Source of the DNA: Balanoglossus misakiensis
Taxonomy: Eukaryota > Animalia > Hemichordata
DNA length: 64,000 bases
Direction of reading: 5' to 3'
Assembly (NCBI GenBank): GCA_040954595.2
Contig: CM082580.2
Coordinates: 13,938,242 to 14,002,241, forward strand
Shown: positions 26,826-41,260 of the stretch, piece after piece
Layout: each line of letters starts with the position of its first letter
Position numbering within the stretch: the first letter of the stretch is position 1
Position numbers and translations under genes: made by a program
The notes under the pieces: generated by a model
Told to the model about the DNA's origin: nothing
The model's input: the letters and a program-made list of their open reading frames with translations, nothing else
The model's database searches: none

Positions 26826-28109
26826 ATCGAATGAACAGATGGAGGGTGAAATTCAAATTTTGCCACTTGCGCATGAAAGACATAGTAACGTAATTAACTG
26901 TTCATGCCACTCGATCAAAACGGCTAAAAACCAGCACATCGATGTTGTGAACGTGTAATTTAGAAGCATCTCATTTTCCGGTTAGAAGCAGTTTAAAATG
27001 AAGACATAAGTAAAATAAAAATCGAAAACAAACAAATATATACATGCACTTATTGGTAGACAGTAGAAGATGTGTCCCATGATTTTAATGCATCAAAAAT
27101 ACACTCAAAGAAATAACTTGTATGTAAGATAGATAAATAGAGATTGATCGACAGACAGACAGACAGAAATGCGAAATGGATTTTGTTCTCCTTGTACTTA
27201 TGTTGTAAAACTTTTAAAGCCTGTTGAAACTGTTAGAGCTTCATTGAAGGAAATCGCCTTTGGTTGCTTTTATTGTCAGCTCCACAGGGTATGTTGGAAA
27301 GGTACGTGGGGAAAAAACGAACACATATGAATCTCGCAAACTGTTACCAAAATAAAATGATAATAGTGACTCATATAATTTTTTTACTCGAAAGTGACGT
27401 CAGATATGTAAACTATAAAATCGCACAACCATGTTTAATGAAGCTGAACACATGTCTGGCATGCGCCCTGTGGTAGCTTATGATGTAATGACACAAGAGA
27501 TGACATATAGACAGCCGATGTGATGAAACATACGCAGGTGGGAATACTTTGGCATTATCATGATTATTATCATTATTCATTATTATCGCGTCACTCAATA
27601 GCCGCCTAGCAACGGAAAGAATATTTCAAAAATATGCAATTTATTGATTTCCATGCAGATAAGAGTTCATTGTCTGCAAGATAAAGAACACTTGAAGACA
27701 ATGACGTGATTTGTTCCGAATGTCCCAGCATATAATGACTTTAATTAGGATTTATTTTGTCATTTATTTATCTAATTTCTCGTTAATTTTTTTGTCAGTT
27801 TCTTCAAGGTTTTAATTATACAAATAAAATTAATTTGCATTTATCCATGCATCCAGTAGAGAATATGTCTCGCCATGTCCAATCGGTTGAACAGATGGAG
27901 AGAGAAATTTGAAGGTTGCAATTTGCGCATGAAGAACCTTGTTATAATAAGATTGAGTGGCAGGTTCACCATACATTAACATGATTAAGATTTATTCACG
28001 TGGGTAACTATAAGCTCTACTTTGATTCTTGTGTGGAACTTGTGCAGGTCTTGTTGTGTCCAATCGGTTGAACAGTTGGAGAGAGAACTGTGAAGATTGC
28101 GCTTGAAAC
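26826..28109. repeat. Three dispersed copies of a ~55-60 bp motif (26826-26880, 27876-27937, 28057-28109)
   Basis: Shared (tgtccaatcggt)tgaacag(a/t)tggag...ttgcgc(a/t)tgaa; contains an E-box (CAGATG/CAGTTG), CCAAT in two copies, and TTGCGCAT. Confidence 0.7.
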
Positions 28110-31100
28110 AACGCTGTGATGCAATTAGGTGCAGTTCCTTCTTCCTCGGTCTCAGTGACTGAGACAGCATATACATGCTGTTAGTTGTAGTGTTTTTATT
28201 CTTTTGAAATTGGCAATATTGTGTCTTACTTTTACCACTGGATGGTCTTCTTCTATCGAAAATTCGATTAAGAGTTTTTTTAGAAGTACCAGAAGCATAA
28301 TAGGCCGTGTTGAAACTGGTAGTGAGGCTGAAGCAAACAGCCGTTGGCTGATGACATAGACAACATCATCGAGGGAAATGGAGGCATTCAATCGCCTTCC
28401 AAATGAACCACCTGTTAAGGGCGGCGATGCCTGCCGGTTATTCAATTTGTCCCGCTCTGCCTTTCCACATGGCCAGACTTAATGACTTTGTTCTCGACTT
28501 TTCAGTATCGGTGCTCTAATCTATTTTCCTAGGATAGAATATTTCTCGAGATGGTTATCTCCACAGTGTTGGGAGAGGGGGGGGGGGGGGGAGGATACTC
28601 ATCTAGGTAAATGATGTCATCATATGACACTTTTTTGTGTGCGTCAGTTGTTTTCTGCATTGGCAACCTGTTTGCAATATGGACGATATATCTTGTTTGA
28701 CGGATTCGATGAAAACGTCAATTCGCACGCGCTTGGTTAACGTCAATCAAGCCTCCCCTTTCTGGGACAGCTAGAGACAAAGGCTAGTAAAGAATGGCAG
28801 AAAGATGCATCTGGAGATGGGTAGCCATGGCAACACCCGTTGTCCCGGTTGCTAGATGATAATGTGGCATGTTTGGCAGCAAGTCCTTCTTTCAAGAAAC
28901 GTAAAAGAGTGATTGTAGACCCGAGGACCTGAAAGGGAAATTTTAGCACATTTTTAAAGTGTTGATGACTTGAATATGCGCTGTGCAGAATACTCAAGGC
29001 TTTTGTATTTTGTAGCCATGCGCCATGTCTATATGGACAGTAATTATGTTTTATGAATGGGAAATAAGTGTTTGTAATTGGTGCACAAATGGGAAGCAGT
29101 TATCATTTCCACAAACAGCTGTACAGGAGCGTCTGTGTGGCAGACACTTCTTCATTTTAATAATTTGACAATTTCATCTTTTATTATAATTTGTGAATAA
29201 TAACTGATTAATGACAGTAATAGATTTATTTCTTTTCCCTCATCAATTACACTCACGTCTTGATATCTTGCTTTGATTTTCTTTCTTTTTCATATTTTGT
29301 TTTCAAAATGTATTTGCGAAAGTATCCACTACTATGCAAAAACAGACTCCCCACCTAACAATCATCTGTGAACCATAGTACAACACCCAGTAAATTATTA
29401 AGACAGAAAATCATGCTCGCATACCCGCGTATCAAAGAAGAAATTACCGATATTATTGTTTCGGTCAGTTGACCGAAGTGATAAAAGACTTCAGTCTACA
29501 TCGTGATTCCCAAGAAATTAAGCCATATACACTTAGAGGTGGTTTTATGTAAAACTTGCTGTGTGATATTTCCATTGTTGTTGACAATGGTGTCGGAAAC
29601 TAATCTCTGTCCAATTAGATAGACTCTCTTCTTTATAAGCCCGGATTTGGGAGTTATTTTGAACTCATCAATGTCACATTATAATTGAATAATTTGACAC
29701 CAATTGTTAGATTTTTCAATTCAATTGACCTTAGTCAATCACACATGAGCTGTTAATAGAGCTTAATCATTGGCGAAGAGAGTAAACATGAAACTTCTTC
29801 ATTGAATCTGTGTGCACACTTCAGCAGATTCATTTGCGTTGCGATTCAAATCAAAATATTGAAAGCTTCACTTATTTTTGAAGTTGTCAATAATGTCAGT
29901 TGATGATCAATAGCGCTGTGTCTTTTAATTTCTAATAAATGTAAAATAGTGATGGGATTGCTGTTTATAACATCGTGCCAGGTTTGGTAATGGGTTTAAA
30001 CAGTAGATTCTGTCAGGATTTGACACAGTTCTCTACTAAATTTAGTAATGTCGGATACATTTGTATACATGTAGAATTCACCTGAAATGTAAAAATGGAC
30101 CTTCTTTAAGTTCACATTGTTTAACCTTCCTGGGATCGCCCGAGATGGTAATCAGGGGTCGAAGACGAGGTCGCTATTTGTAAAACACACGGCGAGTGTC
30201 ATGATGGTCGTTTTCTTTGAAAGTATGCAAATTAGCATGCTAATCCTGCGGCAACACCGTCATAATAATTCTCTAGTCTCTCCAAGCAAGCGGGCCAGCC
30301 ACTGGGATATTTCCTAGTGCCTCTGGCTTGCATTACTTGACCGGATCTACTTAAAACAACCTGATAACACGAAGAGATAATTCTTGACATGGCATACTAA
30401 CACAAAATCAGTCTTTGTGTCAATTTAAATTTGTCTACAATTAACGAGCTTTTTATATGTCTTCTACATAATGTTGTTATTATATTTTTGTTGCCTAAGT
30501 ATGCATCTTTTTCGGCGAAGCAATTCGAGTCCGACCTTGTGGACAAAAATGCCATTAATAGCAAATGTGGTGAATGGAGTGTTGCAAAGTAGTCTTTGAT
30601 CTTTATGGATTTCCAAAAATCACGCTTTCTGATACTATGTAATCATGGTCGACTGACTTCGAACAGAGTGTCACGTACTTCTTCAGATTTTGACATTCTG
30701 GGCTGTCGTTAAGCGCGATACATTTTTGACAACAATTAAATATGATCATGAAACCCTTACAAGTGACGATCTGTCCTTTCCAAGAGCCTTAATAAACGAT
30801 TTCCCTGCACACGTCGCAAAATTAATCTATTTTTCAAAGATACCATGACATTGAACCCAAATTACCATCTGGACAAATTTATTGACAATGCCAATCAATA
30901 TTTCATGTTGCCGATGTAACTATTTGGCAAATCCAACCTGAAACCCTGAAAATTGTATTTACAACTAAATAATGCAAGCTTCAACATTCCTGTGTTTCGC
31001 AAGAAAACGTTTTGAAGAATTTTCAACGACGACACTGACCGTTGCCCATAACTTCTGTCCCAAGTGACAGGGCAAACATTTATTTCCAGAATCATTTTCA

Positions 31101-34100
31101 GCACAGTCTCGGAGAAAAAGCGTTGGTGCTAGCCTAAACTTCAAATTACTAGTGAGCCTTCTATACAATGTCGGTCACAATGGTGCTTATGAGAAACTAA
31201 ACCCACATCAATTTCTAGGTTCTGTCTTATTATTTCAGTCTCAACATATCTTGAGACTGCCTCGCTGACAACACGTTTTAAATACGTTCCCCGCCGTTCT
31301 CAATCGACTAACGATGCAGAGATCTGACAACACATGTTCTGCCTTCAAACTATTGATGAAGGGAAATTACACGACCATCTGTTCCAAACTTACATCGATT
31401 CATAAAATTCGTCTCTTGTCCCTTGTCGCCAATCGACTATTGCAAAAAACAGAGCTAATTTAGTAGAGATGACATGAAAGTATCCCTTTGGGAAACGAAG
31501 GTGAAAATGAAATTTGCCTGGTGGGATTTCCTCTCATTATATAATAGATAAAATAGGTCCCAAGATCGGGGGAATACTACACAGAGAATGAGTAAATTAA
31601 ACACCAACGCGTATAAAGACATTAAAGGCGATAATAGCAGTAATAGGCCTCGCGGTGGTTGGAGATTGGCCCAAATGTGTTATTTATTGTCCGACAGAGA
31701 CAGGAAGGCGGACAAGGGTAGGCAGACAACGGGTTGATTGAGAAACAGGGAGATAGAGACCGGACACTGAGACAAAGAAACAGAGGATTGGCAGTCGGAT
31801 TTGAAGGGACGTGAAAACACTAGAAAACATGCACAGATGGGATCGAGTCAGATAGAGAGACTGATCATCAGACTCAACAGATTTGTTCTTTGTCCAGTAA
31901 TTGTACAAAATCAAAGAACTATATACCCAATTGCGAGATTCGAACGTTACTTTTATTATAATGTATTCTTTCTTTCCAATTCATTTTGGCTTTGTTCTGT
32001 TGGTAGCGAAATAAGTGTCGTGACATACAGAAAGTTCAAATTGTGTGGTAATTCGTGTTACAGGAACGAGAAAAGAAAAGTCACTCTGTCAGTCGTTGAT
32101 TCGATACTTGGCCATCCATAGGTGGCCTCGTTGATGACTTCAACTCAGAGGAGTAACTTGCAATGAAACGTGAAGAGTCCTCTACTGTCAATAATCTTAA
32201 TTTCTTTCAAAGTAATCCATTTGGCGAGTTCCATTTGAACAGAGTCATTACGGCGTGAAGCCACAGGCTGCCCACGGGCCTGGACGCTGTAAGGCTTCAT
32301 CACTAACATCATTTATGAAGTTAACATCAATTTGGGGACCGATCTTATCTAAATGCAATTTCCTGGGAAATGAAAACTGGCCACTTGTTGTTTGTAACGT
32401 TGGGAAGAAAGTGCGGGCGGGAACTAATCTATGGCAGCGTGTAGTGTTACATTGTAACCTTGAACACTTGAAACAGTTCTTGTTCATTTGACGATGTCAG
32501 GCAGGGCGACTCTATGCACATATCTGAAATGACAGAATCCGAATTTTGATTACTAGTCGAAAAATTCCAGCGCACGACGTGGCATATGTATAACTTCACA
32601 AGATAACTGATTGGGTTTCACTGACCTCATTGTCATCAAAACATCTTACAATAAATATAGATATTTTTGCCGTAATTTTCATTGAGAAAATATTAATGGA
32701 TCGGTGGACTTGTATACGTCACACTGCGTATCATGGTGACATACGATACATGTAATAACGAAGCGGGTTGACCCTGTGAAGGCCAAAAACGTCACCAAAG
32801 CAAGGACGGTGTATTTGAACTTAATTGGAACTAAATAGATCGATGTTGAAAATGTGCTGGCTTGTAAAGCAAAACGGTATACAGTAAAGGAAATCGCCTT
32901 ATATACTGAGAAATAGTGAAGATCCTGTGTTTGGAAAGTGGGTGTTTCAGAAGGCGTGCCATGAGTGGACGTATGCTGACGTCACGCTGACATCATAATG
33001 AAGGAAATTCTACTACGCTTTGCACTACACTATTTTCGAACCTTTCACTCATAGCTGTGGTATTTATATTGACATCAAACAAGAGACGTTTCAGTGGCTT
33101 TTGGATTGGTCTTTTGCGACGGCATTGAACCAAAATTAATTCACTGATCTCAGGACAATTTTCTGCTCAAGTCTTCAATTTCAAAACCGACGTTTCCCGT
33201 AGAAATTGGAGAAGACAGTCTCATAGAGACGATTTATATGTAAATTCGTTTGACTTGGCATAATTGAAGGGCATTTAGATTGGCTGTCTTTAAACTTCAA
33301 CATAGAATGGTTGCGAGATAATGGTTGTTATCTTAAATGCATGTATTGAATGAAAAATGCTACTTTAAATCAGATCAAATATGAACAAGAAAAATTAGCT
33401 GGAAACGGATGTGTGACGTCATGTTCCAAGCCGAGTCGGATGAGGGGGTAGTGTCATCATTAATACTCATGGCAACTAAGTAACTATGAACATTGTAGAT
33501 GTGGGCTATACTGAGCAGAATTATTTAGTTCAAAGTTTGTGGGGAAAAAGTTAGAAATGTACCGATAAGCATGTAAATTTGCATTACAAATTAACAGTAA
33601 ATATCAGACAAATTGTTTTTTTCTATGTGAGGTTCTTGATGTTCCCGTTTTTTTTTTTTTTTTGGCGGAGAAGTGTTTCCTGTTAGTGTCACCACGACAA
33701 TCCAACTTGTCAGAAAAATGTGGAATTAGACCGACATCGCCATGTAAAGTGCAGCGCCCCCAAAATCAATTTCGAGAAAAGAAGCTGTTAAATGTTCAAT
33801 GGGAAATCGTAGCGTAATCAAATACTGTATTGCTCATGTCTTTACAAGCCGTAGTGGTTTCATGGCCAGCAATATCTGATCGACCATAGACAGGCGAGGT
33901 AAATGATACAAAGAATAACGATTCTCTATGTAAAATAGAAACAACTATCGCACACAAAACAGAAAATTACCCAACCAGAAGGACAGGGGTGTCTGTTGAA
34001 GAAGCTTGTTAGCAAGCATTGAACACCAACGACGTGTAGATTTCTTGTTAGAGATTCGCCTGTAGGAGGCGCTCTGACATATAGAAAATGAGTGTCTTCA

Positions 34101-35585
34101 TAACATTAATTACCCTCGAAATATTATCACAATACAACGTCCCTATTGGTCTGTAAAACGCGCCCTCACAACCACGTTTTTTTTCCTGGAAAATTTCCTT
34201 ATGCCCATTTCAACAGCTCAAATAAGGCTATATATTTTAGCAGTATCAATTACGTGTCTATGGTTGCAGAGTAAAGCAGACTTGATCTTGGACTTGGAAA
34301 CCCCTGCTAGTTATATTTTGCACAAGCTACTTTTGGCTTCTCATTTGTGAGTACAACAGAGAGAGATAAACTGGAGATCGTAATCGAACAGGACTTCTTA
34401 ATCCTATCCCAGCTTAGTTTTTGCCTGTTCTGTTTTGGTATTCTAACTGCGATCAACTGAATAAGTGTCACGCCTGCTGAGCTATATGTTCAGTAACGTG
34501 TGCAGATGGGTGTATGTCTGTGTGTGTGTCCAGGCTCACATGAACATACATGTTCATGTAAAAGAAATCACTCTAAGGCATCATGATTACAGTAACTATT
34601 TGCCTCCTTGTAGTTGTCTTTATTCGTATAAAGTTACAGAAAGAATATATGTTTCAGAAATATAGTATATGAAGATGTCTGATCAAGACTGCACACGTGG
34701 CTATTATTGATCAAGCAATCGGCAACCTGTGTTCTTCCTCATTTAATCCTTGCAAAATTGTACAAATTTCAACGGTAAAAAAGCGTCCTAAAACTTAAAA
34801 TGGACAATTGGTGGGCATGTTATATTATTTTCCCCAACATTCTATACATATATTTGCAAATATTTAAGTGGAGATAATTGGTCTTCACGATAAAGTTGAA
34901 TTTCAGCCCCAAAATTAAAACTTGTGTTCAGGGAATAAATATAGGCCATTTGCATAAAGCTGAACTATTTTCTTTATATGGTTTAAAACTGGATAATTAA
35001 GTTCACATTTACATATAATGCATCTGCACTAAAACAAGTTTGCAATTCTATAAACAACGTCATTTTTATCATTGCAAGATAGACCTGTGTCTTTGGGCAT
35101 TCATTTGGCGATTTAAGTGCATATTACTATGGTAAATAGGCCTGACTTCTTGTTGATCTACTCTACTCTATTTGATATCACACAGAAATGCTCTGGCGAT
35201 ATAATACTGTACACATCCACTTGCCACTGTTGCCAGAAATCACAACCATGTGGTATTTACAAAGTATGCAGGACCTTTTGACCGAAGTTGTTTCCGTGGT
35301 CAGTTTGAATAAAAAAAATTAACAGACTACTGTCAAAGTAGGGGCTACTGTGTTCAAATTGAAATTACGCATGCATCACTATGGTGGCCTGGTCGTGTGA
35401 TGGTTGCTGGGGACGGATAAATAACAGCATCACTTTGTAGCATCAGTCACGAGTTGTTAACAGACTAGAACATGGGAACAATTCATGTTGCAAATATAGT
35501 TAATGTAAAAAGGGGCTCTGAGATGTACCATCTACTATCCTAAAACTCTATAGGTGAAATAATATCAACTGCGCAGGTGATGACG

Positions 35586-37049
35586 TCATTGTCCTTTTCT
35601 GTCCTTAAGAATACGGAGCATGAGGGGAATCATGACTTCATACGTTCTTGCAACATCTTTAGGGTCCAGATTCCTTTTATTGACTTCCCACAACGGAGGG
35701 GTGATGTCATATTTGCCCTGATGAGATAAAAGGAAAACTGATGAAATAGGGTAAAGATAATATAACATCCTAATTGGAAAACTCAAGACTGTCTTTCGGA
35801 TCTCGGATTCGTTATTATATCGCCATGTTATTCACAATGTCATTCCATTCCTTCTGAATATTAACAAAGAGTCAGTCTGCCGTTGGTTCTTTTTCGCGGA
35901 AAGGCACTACGATGACGGTGTAACTAGCTGCATGGGGTTGTCTGGTTTCGAGATTCACTGCATATTAAGTTCACTAGAGTTCGCGTAAATTCATAAGCTC
36001 CCTTGATGTCTGAATAAAATAAAACAACCACGGGAGAAGGGAATCCATAATATGCAATTATTCTGTAATCGGGTTACTGTTTTTTTTATGTTTCAAAGAT
36101 ATGCACGTTAGAGACATTTTGTCGCAATCTCTGCAATATAGAGAAAGGCCGGCGAATGATATCATTACGTCACTTTCTACTGTGCCTCAAATGTGCAGTT
36201 ATCACGCGACGTGCAACATTGCAACAACTAAATTGTACCGGCTAGAATGACCACCCGCAATGAGCCAATGTCATCAACTAGCTTTCCTGGTTACAGCAAT
36301 TAAATGTTGTAGAGCGAAAGCAGGACGTACGTCTGTCTGTGGCCCTCCAGATATACGTATTAGACCCAACCCTTCACTTGTTACTCTCCGGATATGACAC
36401 CCAGTGTAAAAAAGCCAACGCGCACAACCTTTCCAAGGACTTCACAATTATCGCATTCAGCGCTGAGTTGAAGTCCATGGTCCTCAATAGGCGACACAAA
36501 CCACTTGTGACGTAGCCTTGGTTTAGATAATTAGTCAGACGTGACAATCAGTCAATAATGTCACACTCCAACACTTTTACGTCATTTTGAGTAATACCCT
36601 TTTGCACAATAGACAAAACCGTCCAGGGAAACGGAAAAGGGCAAAATTTTGTCACTAAACCTCGAGTACTCAGATAATAAAATGATTCTAGTAGGCTGAT
36701 TCTCATAGTCAAAATGTAGGAATAACTCAACAGTTTTGACTAAAATAGCTACAGAAAGTAAAGTTCTGAAACTCAGTTTTATAAAAATGTATGGTTTGCC
36801 GGGGTTTGGGAAATCTGGCTTTGAACAATTCACGACACTCGATCACCAAAAGAAATACTTGATGCGAATGTCAACAATACTCACTTCAATGTCATTTCCA
36901 CTCCAGTTGACATCGTTGTTGCCGACGGCACCATCGCCAAAGTCCTTGAAGAAAGCACTCCTGGCGCTCATCGCCCGTGCGCCGTGTACCGCAACAGATA
37001 CGCAACTCGATAATAGAGCCAAGCAAAGGAGCAGTGGAGAGGTTCGCAT
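35586..37049 (-). CDS. Secreted prepropeptide A2 (98 aa), paralog of A1; coding exons 37049-36885 and 35717-35586
   Basis: MRTSPLLLCLALLSSCVSVAVHGARAMSARSAFFKDFGDGAVGNNDVNWSGNDIE|GKYDITPPLWEVNKR-NLDPKDVARTYEVMIPLMLRILKDRKGQ*. gtgagt donor, phase 0, exon sizes 165/132 nt as in A1; 11 of the first 18 residues after KR are identical to A1. Confidence 0.87.
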
Positions 37050-37927
37050 CTTTGAGAAACACCTACAGAAAAAAAAATTGGCTGATAGTCTCATAGGAAC
37101 AATTGAATTCTGGAGTTAAAAAGATAGTGAAGCAAATATTTTATAAGGAACATAATTATTTGGGAAAATGCTTTAAATTAGGTACGAGGTGGTTGCTATA
37201 GTTGTTGTTCGGTGGGGTAGGTGTTGATAATTCTGATCCCTTTGTCTGCCCGAAAATTGTCTTATTATGTGAAAGTACAGGCTGCGAAGATATCTAAAAT
37301 TTGATTGATGTAGTTTGACCATAGGTCTTGTTTTATTTTCAGCGGTGAAATCTAATGAGTTCAAACAAAGGTGTTCATTAATGTTTAATGCTATTAGCAA
37401 ACGTGATAATTTGTCTTTGGGAAATGAGGCAATTACACAATTTACATAAAATAAATTGCTATGAAAATGTGGTATTTTCAGCCATTGCTGTATTAACTTC
37501 CTGCTTTGACACAAGGGAGTAAATGAGTGAAATCCGGCCAAAGCTTTATTTCCGCTCCAAGTCCATGATGCTCAGAAACGCACGAGGCTGTTGCCAGATT
37601 AAGAGGCCCTAAGTTTACTACGATAGATCGAACGGAGAAACTTCGAATCCCAAAAATGATACTTTGAACAACAGGTTGATTCTGAATATTTTGAAAGTTC
37701 ACGCAATACCAGTATTTTCTCCACGGAAAACACGAAAGATTCTTTGTCCCTTTCTGTGCGTCCCAAAGGGAGTTCTACTCAATAGACAAATGTGCCTTTT
37801 ATTTAACACAGACACCAAAACGTTGGTCGACAGGGAAACCTCAATGTAAAGGAAAACAAAGCAAATCACAGGAACCAACTTTAAAACGGATCTCTGAACA
37901 AACGATTACAACAAAACATTAGCTTAC

Positions 37928-38394
37928 CTGCGCTGAAACAACTTCCTGTATGCGACAAATTTCTAGAAATTGGAAAATTATTGCTTTCGATCAAATCCGA
38001 TATTTGCAGTAATGACCCCACCGAGTGATAGTATATTAACTTAATGTAGCTTTCGGCACAAAGGAATCTTGCCACCGTTGAAAACAGGTGCTTGCTGGCA
38101 TCCACGGGTTTAAGTTCCAAACAGCAGACTGGTTGTCTTCGCTTCTTTCGGTGAGAATTGTCAGAGTTGGATGCGGCTGGTGATTGATTTTTATATCAGA
38201 TTTATGAGCGGGCGTCCACATGAGGAGTATTATGTATGCAAATGAGCTTATAACAATTATAAGGAAACTCAGTGACATGTGTTCATACCAGCGTGTTATT
38301 AACCAATGAAAATGTAGATATTTGAAGAGATATCCCTTTTCTATGACGTCCACGTGAGCCAGTGGGCGCGGTTCCCTCGTGATTCTATGCAAAT
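37928..38394 (-). promoter_or_regulatory. Predicted non-coding first exon (~38165-37928) and TATA promoter of gene A2
   Basis: Donor CGCAG|GTAAGC at 37928/37927; TATAAAAA at 38195-38188; two octamers ATGCAAAT (38236-38243, 38387-38394); CCAAT near 38303; TGACGTC and CACGTG at 38344-38356. An acceptor lies 13 nt upstream of the ATG (exon starts 37062). Confidence 0.65.
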
Positions 38395-40582
38395 GAGGTA
38401 CCCGTGGGCAGCTTTTGGTTCTCACACACTGTTTGGTTTATGCTTTTTTTCTTCGTGTCGATTTCATCACGTCTGCTAAATTTATTGACAGTAAAACTAG
38501 ACTCCATCTTACTCCAATTAACTAGGTAATCTCAACCATAGGGACACGAGATGATGCGAAGTTAGCCTTACTGTTTCCTACTCATATTACACTGAAGGTG
38601 TTACTGATTGCTGAGTTCATGTGGCAGATTCTAGCGAGTATTAAATGGATGAATTTGATAGATACAATGTACCTTGTTAGAGTCTCGTTAAAAGTTCATT
38701 CTTTCCACCTTAATGAAATATACCTGGGTATCTGTGTATTAGAAATAATACTCGTCGAATGCGCGCTCATAGCGTCTAGTAATGAATGTTTTATTGACTC
38801 TTACACGGAGGCTTGAAGCACTCTCTTGAAGATCTCTCTCCGTAATTTGAATAAACCCAACAATGCCTGCCGAGTAAATGCCCGGATATAAATTTCGTTT
38901 ATTAGAAAATCGTGCAAGTTCTGAAATAAACCGTTATCCCCCTAGTCTACAGAGAAGCTTTGCTAATCTTTCACTAGAATTTAGCAACCATCGACATTTA
39001 AAACCCCAATTCCCAGTAGTACTAAGTCATCTAATCTTAAAGGGGCAATGGTCGCAACGTAGGACGAGTATTCAAATTTTTTTTGTTCGGTTTCTCAAAC
39101 AGTTGAAGCGAAAAGTCATGACTTAATTGAATTCAGTTGCCAAATATTACATGGTTCGCTAAATAGGCAAGTTCAGAAAGTTTAATAAAATGCTTGTGTT
39201 CATAGATGTGTATAGTTCACTGTTTTCAACAGAGAGCTATCGTATTCCCAGTAGACGCACAACAAATTAACGTGGTAAGCTAGTGCTAATGACTGCTGTA
39301 CAAATTGTGCAACTGTTTGAGTATTGCGTGTTTTCTTGAGAACCTCATTCAAAGTTGCAAGTGCAAATCATGAATGGGCATCATGATAATTATATGACCT
39401 TCTGTCCTTCCATGCAGTATTCTCCATCTCCTGGTGTGCATCATCTAAACAGAGAATACATCAACCTTGCTTCAAAATAGCAAATAAGAACGACACTTAA
39501 TATTTACAATCTACAAAGCTGCTGGACGGAATAACTTACTGGAATTACTATTTTTCCAAATGTGTTATTTCAAAGGCGAAACCTCTGAAAAAGCCAAGGG
39601 AAAGATGAGCATTAGTTCGATCTCTGACATTGTATAGGCCTGACAGAGGATTTTGTCGACGACCGATTACTTTTTTCCTGCGATAATGAAAACACGAGAT
39701 TTTACAATCAAGTTGGTGCCGTACTATAAAACAATATTAAAGGTCAGGGGATTTAAGTTTTCTGAGAAGATATACATTGGCTATATTCAGGCTTTTTTCG
39801 TCGAACAGTTCCATGATATTACTGCAGTGGGTGAAATTTCTTGAGACCGGTGAGTGATATAAAATGGTACTAAACACACAATGTCCCGAATTTGTCATTG
39901 TTGATGACAAAGTCCCAAGTCGATGAACAGGTTTAGAAGTAAGATTAGCAGAGGAAATCATTTTCGATTGAAAGGAGTTAAGACATGCAGAGCTCAGAAA
40001 ATGTGGGATGAATTCATATAAATCAAAACAAGGAGGCGTCGATCATGGCCTGTGGGTGTGTTTCCCAGACCCTTCATGCAACCGTCATGAATTTGAACTC
40101 AAAGCGACAGATGTGATGAGATGTGATTGTCCAACTTTCCCCGTTGGCCCTGCTTTGAGTTCTAATTCATGAGAGCGTGTATTCTTATCAAAAGGGTGTA
40201 GGGCTGTGGACAGACGAAATGACGGGAGGACGGACGTTACAAATCCAGTGTGTCTTACTGCATGAGTAGCTTTTTCCTGTTTTGAAGTGTGTATGTTCAT
40301 CCACCACTTACCCCAGCTTGAAAGAGACCAACAAATCACTCTCTTGTTTTCGAATTTCGTCATTGCAAGGCAATGGGATGTGAGTGTCATCATTACAGTT
40401 TTTGACAAAAGGGTCATTGAAGTGCTCAGCCAAGAGCTCATTAAGTCACTACGCACAGATCAAACTGTCTGAGTCTATTGTACTGGAGATATCATTGTTA
40501 CATCGAGTCTGGCTACATATTATCAAAACCATATGTCCTACCTACCTATCCACCTACACATACAAACCTACGGTACCTACTT

Positions 40583-41260
40583 ATACATACATACATACAT
40601 ACATACATACATACATACATACATACATACATACATACATACATACATACATACATACATACATACATACATACATACATACATACATACATACATACAT
40701 ACATACATACATACATACATACATTCATACATACATACATTCATACATACATACATACATACATACATACATACATACATACATACATACATACATACAC
40801 ACACACATACATTCATACATACATACATACACACATACATACATACACACATACATACATACATACATTCATACATACATACATACATACATACATACAT
40901 ACATACATACATACATACATACATACATACATACATACATACATACATACATACATACATACATTCATACATACATACATACATACATACATACATACAT
41001 ACATACACACATACACACATACACACATTCATACATACATACATTCATACATACATACATACATACATACATACATACATACATTCATACATACATACAT
41101 ACATACATACATACATACATACATACATACATACATACATACATACATACATACATACATACATACATACATTCATACATACATACATACACATACATAC
41201 ATTCATTCATACATACATACATACATACATACATACATACATACATACATACATACATAC
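40583..41260. repeat. Long (TACA)n tetranucleotide satellite, ~680 bp, with TTCA/CACA variants
   Basis: Direct read; explains the six HTYI/MYVC ORFs at 40384-41417. Confidence 0.98.

Noticed and set aside
28152-28445. 97-aa minus-strand ORF with a hydrophobic patch as a fifth peptide gene
   Set aside because: Non-ATG start, no N-terminal signal peptide, no acidic spacer/KR layout and no similarity to families A or B.
35589-35650. Resemblance of the A2 tail (TYE...KDRKGQ) to motilin (FTYGELQRMQEKERNKGQ)
   Set aside because: Not shared by A1, spacing differs, and motilin follows the signal peptide directly rather than lying at the precursor C-terminus; probably chance.
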